A stretch of 19,132 bases of DNA from Octopus sinensis (GCF_006345805.1 NW_021824385.1:1-19132); one strand, 5' to 3'. Counted from the stretch's first letter, positions 1 through 10,029 are shown. The notes: generated by a model from the sequence alone, not told the origin. A program made the numbers and translations.

Positions 1-200
1 AGTAAAGGAATTTTGTTACCATCTTTGTTCAACCTCATTCATTATTTATTCATATATAACACACACAAATTCTGCACATGAACCCAGAGTTTCTACCCTT
101 GGACAGGACGCTTCAACCGTGTTTCTGACGTGAATTTGCTACCCTGGTTCGGTTCATCGAATTTTCATGTTGACGGTAAACATAGGGTAATTCATCACCT

Positions 201-204
<4 letters not shown>

Positions 205-238
<34 letters not shown>
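205..238. repeat. (AT)n microsatellite
   Basis: Perfect AT dinucleotide run directly upstream of the SINE at 243. Confidence 0.95.
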
Positions 239-242
<4 letters not shown>

Positions 243-463
243 GGCGGCGAGCTGGCAGAAACGTTAGCACGCCGCGAAATTCTTATAGCGGGATTTCGTC
301 TGCTGGCTACGTTCTGAGTTCAAATTCCGCCGAGGTCGACTTTGCCTTTCATCCTTTCGGGGTCGATTAAATAAGTACCAGTTACTCACTGGGGTCGATA
401 TAATCGACTTAATCCGTTTGTCTGTCCTTTCTGTGTTTAAAGCCTTGTGGGTAGTAAAGAAAT
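243..463 (+). mobile_element. tRNA-derived SINE, group 1, full length
   Basis: Head GGCGGCGAGCTGGCAGAAACG, B-box GTTCAAATTCC at 318-328, core GAGGTCGACTTTGCCTTTCATCCTTTCGGGGTCGATTAAATAAGTACCAG, tail CCTTGTGGGTAGTAAAGAAAT. Homologous copies occur at 9776-10002 (-) and 13411-13512 (+). Confidence 0.9.
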
Positions 464-500
464 ATATATATATAATATATATATAATATATATATATCTA

Positions 501-531
<31 letters not shown>

Positions 532-560
532 CGTGTGCATACATACATACATATAATATA

Positions 561-700
561 TCTATTAATAAAAACTTAACTTGTGGTGTCTGTGTGTGTG
601 TGTGTGTGTCTGTGTGTTTAACTTCCCGGCACATCTCCTCAAATCGTAGAATCACCAAAAATGGGTCACTTAAAGTTTAGGCGAATGAAAATTGAGCTGC
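561..700 (+). mobile_element. Possible 5' end of a non-autonomous Helitron
   Basis: A|TC junction at 560/561, then TCTATTAATAAAAA and an internal GTCTGTGTGT microsatellite, a layout typical of non-autonomous Helitron 5' ends. No matching 3' hairpin-CTAG was found. The right boundary is arbitrary. Confidence 0.4.
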
Positions 701-1071
701 ACTATTTCTGTTCCGAAATTCATCTCGCAAGTGCAAAAATTGATAATGTGTTTGTTTAGGCCTTATCCCATGCCTTGAATAGCGAACTTTACTCAGACCG
801 TTGTTTGACGTGAACTGTGTTCACCACGCGTGCAAGCATGCGTAAATTGCATGAAAAATAAAAAATCAAGATATAAAAACGAATCGCCGTAAACATTGTA
901 GAAATTCTGCAAAGAAATGAATTTTCGGGATGTAGCCTGGAGGGTTTTTTTCGTATTAATCGTTTGACTTGTGAACACATACCAATTGTTTTCATAACAT
1001 TTTTAACGCTTTGAAATTAATGTGACCATTTTGCGTTGAGTCTGCAGTTTGAATCACTTTAACGAAATTTT

Positions 1072-1158
1072 AGCGGGCCGGATTTTTGATCACACGATAC
1101 ATCGCCAGCGACTTCCTGAAACTCTCCCATGAAATCCCAGTTGAGAAATACTGATCTA
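1072..1158. mobile_element. Possible hAT (Charlie-like) terminal fragment
   Basis: GTTGAGAAATACTG (1140-1153) followed by ATCTA reads TAGAT-CAGTATTTCTCAAC on the minus strand, resembling Charlie-type TIRs (CAGTGTTTCTCAAC) with their TAG-containing target. A GCGGGCCGGATT subterminal-like motif lies near 1074-1085. The partner TIR was not found. Confidence 0.4.
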
Positions 1159-1360
1159 AAAGAATAATTCAACAATGCAATTATTCGATCAACAAAAATT
1201 TATGAAACGCTTCTACGTACTTCCTATTGAGGAAATGGAACACATAAGCGCAAAAAGAGAGGGCATTAAATGCTTGATTTTAAAACCAAAATAATTGAAT
1301 TTTGATTGAACTTCATCCAAGTTTAGCTTAATTCGCGCGTACGTAGAACACACGAGCGCA

Positions 1361-1724
1361 CTCTATATACTGTTTGAATACTCGACAAATGCAGCAGTTA
1401 TTCGATGAAGGAGTCCCTAATTTGCATACCGAAAATTGTAACCCCTCTATAAACTGTATATATACTCAACAAATGCAGCAGTTATTCAACGAAGGAGTCC
1501 CTAATTAGCATAACGAAAATATTTAACCCCTCTATAAACTGTATATATACTCACAATCAGCATTTTCTATGCAGAGTCCTAATTTGCATACCGAAAATTT
1601 TTAACACTCTATAAACTGTACATATACTCAACAAATGCAGCAATTATTCAATGAAGGAATCCCTAATTTGCATAACAAAAATTTTTAACCCCTCTATAAA
1701 CTGTATATATACTCAACAAATGCA
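1361..1724. repeat. Tandem repeat, ~85-bp unit, ~4.3 copies
   Basis: The anchor CTCTATA recurs at 1361, 1445, 1530, 1607 and 1692 (periods 84, 85, 77, 85). Unit: CTCTATAAACTGTATATATACTCAACAAATGCAGCAGTTATTC...GAAGGAGTCCCTAATTTGCATA. Confidence 0.92.
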
Positions 1725-1809
1725 TATATACACGTGTGTGTGCGTGTATATGCGCGCGCGAGTATTTCGATGTGAGGTAATGTGTTATACGCAAAAGATC
1801 ACTTGAGTT

Positions 1810-1912
1810 TTCATTGTAACTATGGAAGACCGCTAATGGACATTAATTTAGTGTGAAATCCTCTACTGTTCATTTACTATGGAAGCATCTATTAATAGAT
1901 CGAAATAACCTG
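1810..1912 (+). repeat. Degenerate ~58-bp tandem dimer
   Basis: TTCATT(G)TAACTATGGAAG (1810-1828) versus TTCATTTACTATGGAAG (1869-1885). Each is followed by ..ATTAAT..GAAAT. Confidence 0.55.
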
Positions 1913-2049
1913 TAATCGTTTTAACTGGCTAAATAATTAAATATACATACACCTCTGTCTGCGAGTGTATATACAGAATGTGTGTGGATCTGTGTCATGC
2001 TGATAAGAGTAGAGATACATTAATTATTGTTCTATGTATATATAGCTGT

Positions 2050-2242
2050 CGTATGTGTGTGTGTGTGTGTGCATGTATGCATATATATATATATATATTC
2101 TCATACATTTATGAATAGATATATGAAAATATATTTCAACGTATGTGTGTGTGTGTGTATATACATGTGTGTGTGCGCTTCCATCAACCTCCACTCACAC
2201 ACACACACACACATAAACACACACACACACACACATAAACAT

Positions 2243-2273
<31 letters not shown>

Positions 2274-2352
2274 CATATTTATACGTACATATATATACGT
2301 ATACACACACACACGCACACACACTCACACTACACACACACACACACACCAC

Positions 2353-2391
<39 letters not shown>

Positions 2392-2492
2392 CTAAATATA
2401 CACATACACGTGCATACACAGAAACATATATATTTATAAATGCATTAAGTGTAGCATACAAATACATATACAAGCGTAGGCATACTATATGC

Positions 2493-2525
<33 letters not shown>

Positions 2526-2719
2526 CGTATATATATACATATATATATATGAATATATATAAATATGTATACACACATGTAAATGTATGTGTCAATATAT
2601 ACGAACATAAATGCATGTGTGTGTATATATATATATACATATATACACATACATACACGTATCAATATATATATATAAGTATAAATTCGTGTATTTATGT
2701 ATGTATATATATCTATCTA

Positions 2720-2768
<49 letters not shown>

Positions 2769-2805
2769 GCGCACACACACGTGCGCGTGTATTTATGTAC
2801 GTATG

Positions 2806-2856
<51 letters not shown>

Positions 2857-3106
2857 TAATACACGCGCACGTGTGTGTGCGTGTCTATTAAGAGCCCTAC
2901 TTTGCACTTAATTATTAACAATTCGCGAATAATTAAATGCATACATATATATTCAAGCATATACACCCATATATATACAAACATATGTATGTCTGTGCGA
3001 ATATATATTTATATGTGTGTGTGTGTGCGTTTGTGTGTGTATGTGCGGGCACGTGTGCACAGATGTATTAAGTGAAACCTAACGACGATAAGACATTTTA
3101 AATGTA

Positions 3107-3150
<44 letters not shown>

Positions 3151-3466
3151 TCACATATACTCACACCTGTACACGCCTTCTACCGTGGCTGTGTATATGC
3201 GTATAGATGTATAGGAACACTTTGGACTATGCGTATATGCACAATTTCCCGTAATACAAAAGTGTGTACACGCTGCATTAAATTTAGCTCTTAACTGACA
3301 GACTTGGCTGTAATCCCCTTAACTTTCTTATAATTAAATACACATCACTTTGAGTGCATCTACGTATGTATGTCTGTATATGCGCATGTATATATATATT
3401 TTTATATCTATATATGCATATATGCATGAGTGTATCTATATATATATATGTGTGTGTGTATGTGAA

Positions 3467-3497
<31 letters not shown>

Positions 3498-3598
3498 GTA
3501 TGCGTGTAGATGTGTATATGTAAGTGTGTGTGTGTGTGGTGTGTGAATTGTGTATGCGTGCGTGTATTTATGAATATGTGACCACGTATGTGTCTGTG

Positions 3599-3631
<33 letters not shown>

Positions 3632-3720
3632 GTACACATACACACACACAGTTATGATATTCTACGTTTGTGTGTGTGTGTGTGTGTGTGTGTTTGTGTG
3701 TGGTGTGTGTGCCATTAATA
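2050..3720. repeat. Compound (TA)n/(CA)n/(TG)n microsatellite field
   Basis: Direct reading. The overlapping ORFs here are YI/VC/HT dipeptide translations. Confidence 0.95.
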
Positions 3721-3843
3721 AGATGTCGGTCTCTCTATTATCATTATCAATTTTTTCTAATTGTTCAATGATAATGTAAATTATTTTACAATAATGTCTA
3801 TTCTTACATTATAAAAGCAATTATTAATTTGTTCTTTTTACTA

Positions 3844-3974
<131 letters not shown>

Positions 3975-4089
3975 TTAGCTACTGTCTTTCTACTTAGGTA
4001 TTTATGTATTTATTGCCGATCTCTTTAGCTATCCATCTAAGTATCTCTCTCCTATGTATATGCACACACACACACAACTATATACATAC

Positions 4090-4095
<6 letters not shown>

Positions 4096-4124
<29 letters not shown>

Positions 4125-4165
4125 TGTATGTATGTATGTATGTATGTATGTATGTATGTATGTAT
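4096..4165. repeat. (TATG)n tetranucleotide microsatellite
   Basis: Perfect run. Confidence 0.95.
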
Positions 4166-4444
4166 AAAAAATGCAAACTGGGACAAGAACGCAAAACATT
4201 TTGAAGACGATACAAAAAACACGGACGTGACCTTCGAAGCCTTCAATCTTTAGTCAAGAACCGGATCATCCTCGCAATTTCGGCTGATTATACATATATA
4301 TATATATATATATAGTGCTATCAGTTGAAAGCTCTGTATGGGGTCATCAGGAGAGAATGCACGCCGTTTCGAGGCCTACATCTCGACGGCATCAATGCGC
4401 ACCGCCCCACCTCGCTGATAGGAACGCTGATATGAGCTTTCTAC

Positions 4445-5378
4445 AATGCTCTTCAAAAATTCACTTGTCCGTAACGAAAAATACTCCCCCACTACTGTTC
4501 TGATGTCTACAGAATTCGTATTTTTTCCGTGCAAACGGTTTTGAAGACTGTGGAATGTCCGGCGAAAATGGTGGGTGGGGCATCGTTTCCCATTCAAACT
4601 GCTCCAGCCTTTGGAATGTCATCCTTTCTCTATATGGCCGGGCATTATCCTGGTGGAAGAACACCTTTCGTCATGAAACCAAAGATGTTCATTTTTCTCC
4701 TAGCGTTGACTTAAGACGCTCAAGTTGATCACAGTAGATCTCCTTTGTTATTGTTTGGTTTGGGTTTAAAAGTTCAAAGTGGACTAAACCTTTCATACCC
4801 CACCAAACAGATTACAACACCTTATATGGGTGAACATACTTTCTTTAGCCGGGTGTTGCTGATGTTTCTCCTTTCCCCACTCTTTGGCACTTAACATTTT
4901 TATAGATAATCCATTTCTTGTCACCCGTCACTATTTGATTCCCCCAAAAGGTTCATTCGTGTGACATGACAGCAGAGAAGAGTACACATTCATTCTCTGT
5001 GCGCAATTAGATTCGGAAAGTTTGTGAGGAACCCACTGACCCAATTTACTGACTTTTCCGGTGGCACGCAAGTGTGAATGAATGGTTGAATGACCAAATC
5101 CAAGCGGCTCTGCTAGTTCCTTAAAAGTTACAAGGGGGTTGTTCCACTAGGGTTTGTAGGATGTCCTCTTCAAGTTCTACAGATCTTCCAGGATGAGGCT
5201 TGTCTTCTAAGCTGTAGTTTCTGGCTCAGAATTTTTAGAACCACCGTTGACACTGGCTTACACTTATTGTGCGATCCCCATATACTGCATTAATATCCCT
5301 CGTATTTTCCATTGCGTTGTTGCCTTTATTGAACTCATTAAACAAAATATGCCGCATATGCTTTTTTGTCCCTTCCGT
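4445..5378 (-). pseudogene. Mariner transposase pseudogene
   Basis: Minus-strand translation: (ACG)EGTKKHMRHILFNEFNKGNNA..QRWF*KF* (HTH region), WVPHKL (5018-5035), IVTGDKKW (TGDKKW at 4911-4928), FHQDNARP (Asp at 4647-4649), WETMPHPPFSPDI, then HSLQNRLHGK..EYFS..EF. It carries multiple stops and frameshifts and an ACG at the expected start position. Confidence 0.95.
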
Positions 5379-5564
5379 TATAGTTTTGAAAAAAATAACT
5401 GTTAAAATCGAACTGCACTCTTCAAAACTTGGACTAAGAATAAGGACAAGGTAAAATAACTACCTGCTTTTACAGTAAGTTGATGCAGGTAGTTTATCCT
5501 GCCCCTCTCCGACTGTTAGTTAATGCATTTCAAAAAACCGCATTATTTACGGAATGACCTAATA
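4445..5564 (-). mobile_element. Mariner (DD34D) DNA transposon, 3'-truncated, non-functional
   Basis: The 5' TIR at 5532-5562 reads TTAGGTCATTCCGTAAATAATGCGGTTTTTT on the minus strand, resembling the Hsmar1-type TTAGGTTGG..TAATTGCGGTTTT. It is flanked by TA at 5563-5564 and followed by a transposase pseudogene. No 3' TIR. Confidence 0.93.
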
Positions 5565-5874
5565 TGTGTGTTTGTGTGTCTGTGTGCCTGTGTGTGTATG
5601 TATGTATGTATGTCGTCGGGCCAGTACTATAGAGTTGTTAATCTGTAATGAGATGATGAGATGTGTCTGTGAATAAATATTCTGCAAACATTGTTTAATT
5701 AACTTTAATTAAGCAAGACCGAATAAATAAATAAACAAAAATAGAAAAACCAAATATGACATTGAACACACCTCAATAGCACATTATATTGATTTCTCAC
5801 GACCGGGAACCTGGTATATTGGAAAGTGTGTATTGGCAATTAATAAATTAACTTTAATCATTCGATGCTTGGAA

Positions 5875-6090
5875 GAGGGCGATGGGTTGGAAGAATCGAT
5901 GGAGCGTTGGGAGAAATACTTAATGGGATTTCTTCCGGTTCTTTTCGTTTTGAGTTCAAATACCGCCGAGGCCTAACCATGCCTTTTAAACTTCCGGTGT
6001 CAATTAATTAAACTGCAGGCGGATACTGGGTCCATGATATCGACTTAGAGCTATCCCTTAAATTTTGTTCCAAAATTGGAGCCATTATTT
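5875..6090 (+). mobile_element. Old diverged SINE group 1 copy (first of three head-to-tail)
   Basis: B-box GTTCAAATACC at 5954-5964, CGCCGAGG, TGCCTTTTAAACTTCCGG core, tail CAAAATTGGAGCCATTATTT. Confidence 0.75.
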
Positions 6091-6296
6091 AAGGGTGGCG
6101 GATTGACCAAAATGATAGGGCATCGTCGAAGAAAAAAGAGGACTTTACGTCCTGAGTTCGAATAATGCCGAAACCCACCTCTGCCTTTTAAACTTTCGGG
6201 GTTGATAAAATGAACTATCAACGAAATTGTGGGTATCGACTTAGATTCCTCACTTTAAATTATTCTGGTCTTGTGCCAAATTTTGACACCATTTCT
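6091..6296 (+). mobile_element. Old diverged SINE group 1 copy (second of three)
   Basis: AAGGGTGGCGG head, B-box GTTCGAAT at 6156, TGCCTTTTAAACTTTCGGGGTTGATAAAAT core, tail CTTGTGCCAAATTTTGACACCATT. Confidence 0.75.
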
Positions 6297-6499
6297 AAGG
6301 GTGTTGGGTAGACCGAATCGGGAGAACATCGTCGGGAAAAATATCATCTTCAATTTTTGAGATCGAATCCTGCCGAGGTCCATTTCTCTTGCATAAATCC
6401 GGGGTCAATGAAATAAAGTAGGAGGTTAGCTGATGGTTTCGACCAAACCCCCTTCCCATCGACATTACTGGGCCTTGACTAAATTAGAAACAGTTATTA
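6297..6499 (+). mobile_element. Old diverged SINE group 1 copy (third of three)
   Basis: AAGGGTG head, GATCGAATCCTGCCGAGGTC (6361-6380), CGGGGTCAATGAAATAAAGTA core, tail GGCCTTGACTAAATTAGAAACAGTTATT. Confidence 0.65.
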
Positions 6500-6608
6500 G
6501 TGGTTTTGTGATGTCTTTTCAACTTTATTAATAAAGCATATTACTCTATCTCCGGTATTCGAGTACTATTTTTTTCCACCTTTCACATTTATGTGCTTAC
6601 TCTGGTAT

Positions 6609-6644
<36 letters not shown>

Positions 6645-6737
6645 ATGCTTGCAAAATATTTCGCACAGCTTGCTGATTGACACCTCTTACTCGCAGTGTC
6701 CCGTTCTGTTTTTATACCTCACTCAAAATTTTGCAGT

Positions 6738-6783
6738 TGATGATGATGATGATGATGATGATTATGATGATGATGATGGCGAC

Positions 6784-6863
<80 letters not shown>

Positions 6864-6971
6864 CGATGATGATGATGATGATGATGAAGATGATGATGGT
6901 GATGATGATGACGATGATGATGATGATGATGATGATGATGAAGATGATGATGACGATGATGATGATGATGA

Positions 6972-7002
<31 letters not shown>

Positions 7003-7117
7003 CGATGATGATGATGATGATGATGATGAAGATGATGATGGTGATGATGATGATGATGATGATGATGACGATGATGATGATGATGATGATGAAGATGATG
7101 ATGGTGATGATGATGAC

Positions 7118-7161
<44 letters not shown>

Positions 7162-7272
7162 CGATGATGATGATGATGATGATGATGAAGATGATGATGG
7201 TGATGATGATGACGATGATGATGATGATGATGATGATGAAGATGATGATGACGATGATGATGATGATGATGA

Positions 7273-7303
<31 letters not shown>

Positions 7304-7358
7304 CGATGATGATGATGATGATGATGATGATGACGACGATGATGATGATGATGACGAA
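6738..7358. repeat. Interrupted (GAT)n array with higher-order structure
   Basis: About 620 bp of GAT with recurrent GAC/GAA/GGT variants and two single-G phase shifts at 6973-6974 and 7274-7275. Confidence 0.95.
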
Positions 7359-7509
7359 GATATATATTTCATAAGTAAGAGTGTTCGCCACCCTACCATA
7401 TTCTTCAACAACAAATTCTTCAACGACACTTCCACATATTTCGGTGGTTCCGTTTCATATCTGGAGACTTTTGAAAACTTCGATAAAACCTTTTTTTAAG
7501 AGACAAACT

Positions 7510-8030
7510 TCTCTTCCTCCTCCTTCTCTGTTTTTTCTTTTGATTTTCTTCTTCGCCATAATCTTCTTCCACTTCTTTTTCTTCTTCTCCTCTTCTCCTC
7601 CTTCTATCCCGTCTCCTTATCTTCCTCTTCTCCGTCTTCTATTCCTCCCCTTCGTCTTCCTCCTCTTCCTTTACTTCTTCTTCTCCTCCTCCTCTTCCTT
7701 CTCCTTCTTCTTCTTCTTCTTCCTCCTCCTCCTCCTCCTCCTCTTCTTCTCTTCTTCTTCTTCTTCTTCCATTCTTCTTCTTCTCCTTCTTCCACTTCTT
7801 CTTTCTTCTCCTTCTTCCACTTCTTTTTTTCTTCTTCTTCTTCTTCTTCTTCTTCTAACTACTCCTCCTCCTCCTCCTCTTCTTCTTCTTCTCTTCTTCT
7901 TCTTCTTCTAACTCCTCCTCGCCTTCTTCGTCCTCCTCCTCGTCTTCTTCTTCTTCCTTCCCCTTCCCCCTCCTCTTCTGCCTCGTCCCTCTTTCCACCT
8001 TCTCCTTCTTCCCCTTCTTCCCTTCCATTC
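7510..8030. repeat. Polypyrimidine (CTT)n/(CCT)n low-complexity tract
   Basis: About 500 bp almost entirely C/T on the plus strand. Confidence 0.93.
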
Positions 8031-8164
8031 CCCCCTCCAAACCACCTATCAACCCCCCATCTCTCCCCTACCCATCTTGTAACACCCAGCAGGAAGGATA
8101 TTTTTGTTGACAGTTGATTCTGACGAAAGTTTTCTCGTTTCTCTGTCATATTTTATTTTTATAT

Positions 8165-8384
8165 TTATTATTATTATTATTATTTTTATTATTATTTATT
8201 TTTCTGGTCTTTTCTAAATTTCTTTTCCTTTTTTTTTTAATATTAATTTTCAATTTTTCGTTTACATTGTCATCGTTATCTGCTCATATCAAATTGTAAT
8301 TGTAGAAAAAATAGCAACAACTACAACAACAACAACACTTGTAATGCAATAATATAAATAAGACCAATAATAATAATAATAATA

Positions 8385-8417
<33 letters not shown>

Positions 8418-8529
8418 TAATAATAATGATAATAATAATGATAATAATAATGATGATGATAACGCGTAGAAATACAACATACAAAGAGTCATTAACACTA
8501 AGGTTGTGGCGCGTGAAAAGACGGCAAAG

Positions 8530-8560
<31 letters not shown>

Positions 8561-8972
8561 AACAAAAACAGCAGCAGCGGCGGCGGCAGCAGCAGCAGTA
8601 ACGACTACAGTTCTGTAATTCCGTTAATGATTCTGTATTAAACGGCCCCAGGCACAATGGATACAATCATATTAGAGAAATATTAAAGAAAGAAAAAAAA
8701 TCTTCTAGATTGTTTTAGACCATTATTTATGCCGCGTAGTTCTGTTATTTGAGAAAGAAAACATATAATGATGATGATGATGATGATGATGATGATAATA
8801 ATAATAATAATAACAATAATAATAATAATAATAATAACAATAATAATAATAATAATAACAATAATAATAATAATAATAATAATAACAATAATAATAATAA
8901 TAATAACAATAATAATAATAATAATAATAATAACAATAATGATAATAATAATACAATAATAATAATAACAAT
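8165..8972. repeat. Mosaic of (TTA)n, (CAA)n, (AAT)n, (GAT)n and (CAG)n triplet runs
   Basis: Direct reading. The (AAT)n at 8796-8972 has AAC interruptions every 6-8 triplets. Confidence 0.9.
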
Positions 8973-8977
8973 AATTT

Positions 8978-9059
8978 TTTTCTACTATAGGCACAAGGCC
9001 TGAAATTTTGGGGGAGGTGGTTAAGTCGATTACATCGACCCAAGTGCGTAACTGGTACT
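8978..9059 (-). mobile_element. SINE group 1, 3' half only
   Basis: The minus strand reads GTACCAGTTACGCACTTGGGTCGATGTAATCGACTTAACC...CAAAATTTCAGGCCTTGTGCCTATAGTAGAAA. Confidence 0.85.
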
Positions 9060-9085
9060 GAAATAGTATTATTATTATTATTATT

Positions 9086-9140
<55 letters not shown>

Positions 9141-9169
9141 CAAACATAATTTTCGTATGTTTTTTAGGC

Positions 9170-9330
9170 ATTCACTAGTACAACATTAAGAACAAAACCA
9201 AATAAATGGCACCCTAGGCATAACACCAACACGAACTTCCAACTTGTTGCCTCTTGAGGTCTCTGGGTGAGACTTGGAGCCAACTTGTACAAATGTAAAG
9301 CAAAAGTCAAACATAGACTAATAATAATGA
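9170..9330 (+). mobile_element. Possible 3' UTR fragment of a non-LTR retrotransposon ending in a (TAA)n tail
   Basis: Non-simple segment ending GTACAAATGTAAAGCAAAAGTCAAACATAGAC + TAATAATAAT, embedded among TAA runs. The assignment is from recall only; no coding sequence is present. Confidence 0.3.
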
Positions 9331-9331
9331 T

Positions 9332-9541
9332 AATGGTTTCAAATTTTGCCACAAGGGCATAATTTTGGTGGAGGGGATAAGTCGATTACATCAACCTCCA
9401 GTGGATCACTGGTACTTAATTCATCGACCCCGAAAGAATGAAAGGTAATTTGAATTCAGTGGGATTTGAACTCAGAAACGTAGTATCGGGCGAAATTCCG
9501 CTAAGCATTTCATCCAGTGTGCTAACATCTCTGCCAGCTCA
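9332..9541 (-). mobile_element. SINE group 1, full length
   Basis: Minus strand: GAGCTGGCAGAGATGTTAGCAC head, GAGTTCAAATCCC B-box, TTTCATTCTTTCGGGGTCGATGAATTAAGTACCAG core, CCCTTGTGGCAAAATTTGAAACCATTA tail. Confidence 0.88.
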
Positions 9542-9775
9542 GTGATGATAATAATGATAATAATAAATCTGAATGTCTCGTTTTAAACAACAACGACACT
9601 AACAACAGCAACAGCAACCATTCAAGAATTTGGACCCGGAGATCTCCATTTCCAGCGACTTCGAGAGCCACCTCCCAGTGGTGTCGGGCGTCAACGAAGA
9701 GCCCTTGACTACAACAAGACTACCAAAGTATTTTTTTTCCAAGGTCTGGGTTCTCCCGCCCCTAAGCCCTAGACT

Positions 9776-10002
9776 TATTTCTCTACTACCCACAAGGGGC
9801 TAAACGCAGAGGGGAAAAATAAGGACAGACAAATGGATTAAGCCGATTACATCGACCCCAGTGCGTAACTGGTACTTATTTAATCGACCCCGAAAGGATA
9901 AAAGGCAAAGTCGACCTCGGCGGAATTTGAACCCAGAACGTTGCGGCAGACGAAATACCGCTAAGCCTTTCGTCCAGTGTGCTTAACGACTCTGCTAGCT
10001 CC
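9776..10002 (-). mobile_element. SINE group 1, full length
   Basis: Closely matches the reverse complement of 243-463, including the GCCCCTTGTGGGTAGTAGAGAAATAAG tail. Confidence 0.92.
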
Positions 10003-10012
10003 TTTGATGCTA

Positions 10013-10029
10013 TACTACTACTACTACTA

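Noticed and set aside
100-203. Minus-strand hairpin with GTGATGA and GAAAC
   Set aside because: The TGATGAATT pairs within the hairpin itself, and no valid core or helix I can be drawn.
1211-1348. 10-bp inverted repeat TTCTACGTAC/GTACGTAGAA as a possible MITE
   Set aside because: It is short, has no target-site duplication and has no second copy in the window.
1395-1445. Hammerhead reading of the 85-bp unit (TCGATGA-AGGAG..CC-GAAA-ATTGTA)
   Set aside because: The core is not CUGANGA in any copy, helix II is at most 2 bp and there is no helix I. At best a fully decayed ancestor.
4340-4400. Minus-strand GAAAC followed by CTGATGA (type II hammerhead order)
   Set aside because: The cleavage triplet would be GUG, and helices I and II cannot be formed.
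5269-5454. 61-aa plus-strand ORF with a hydrophobic N-terminus
   Set aside because: It is the antisense frame of the mariner 5' region.
8119-8142. CTGACGA-AAG-TTTT-CTC hammerhead-like start
   Set aside because: No GAAA follows and there is no helix I or III.
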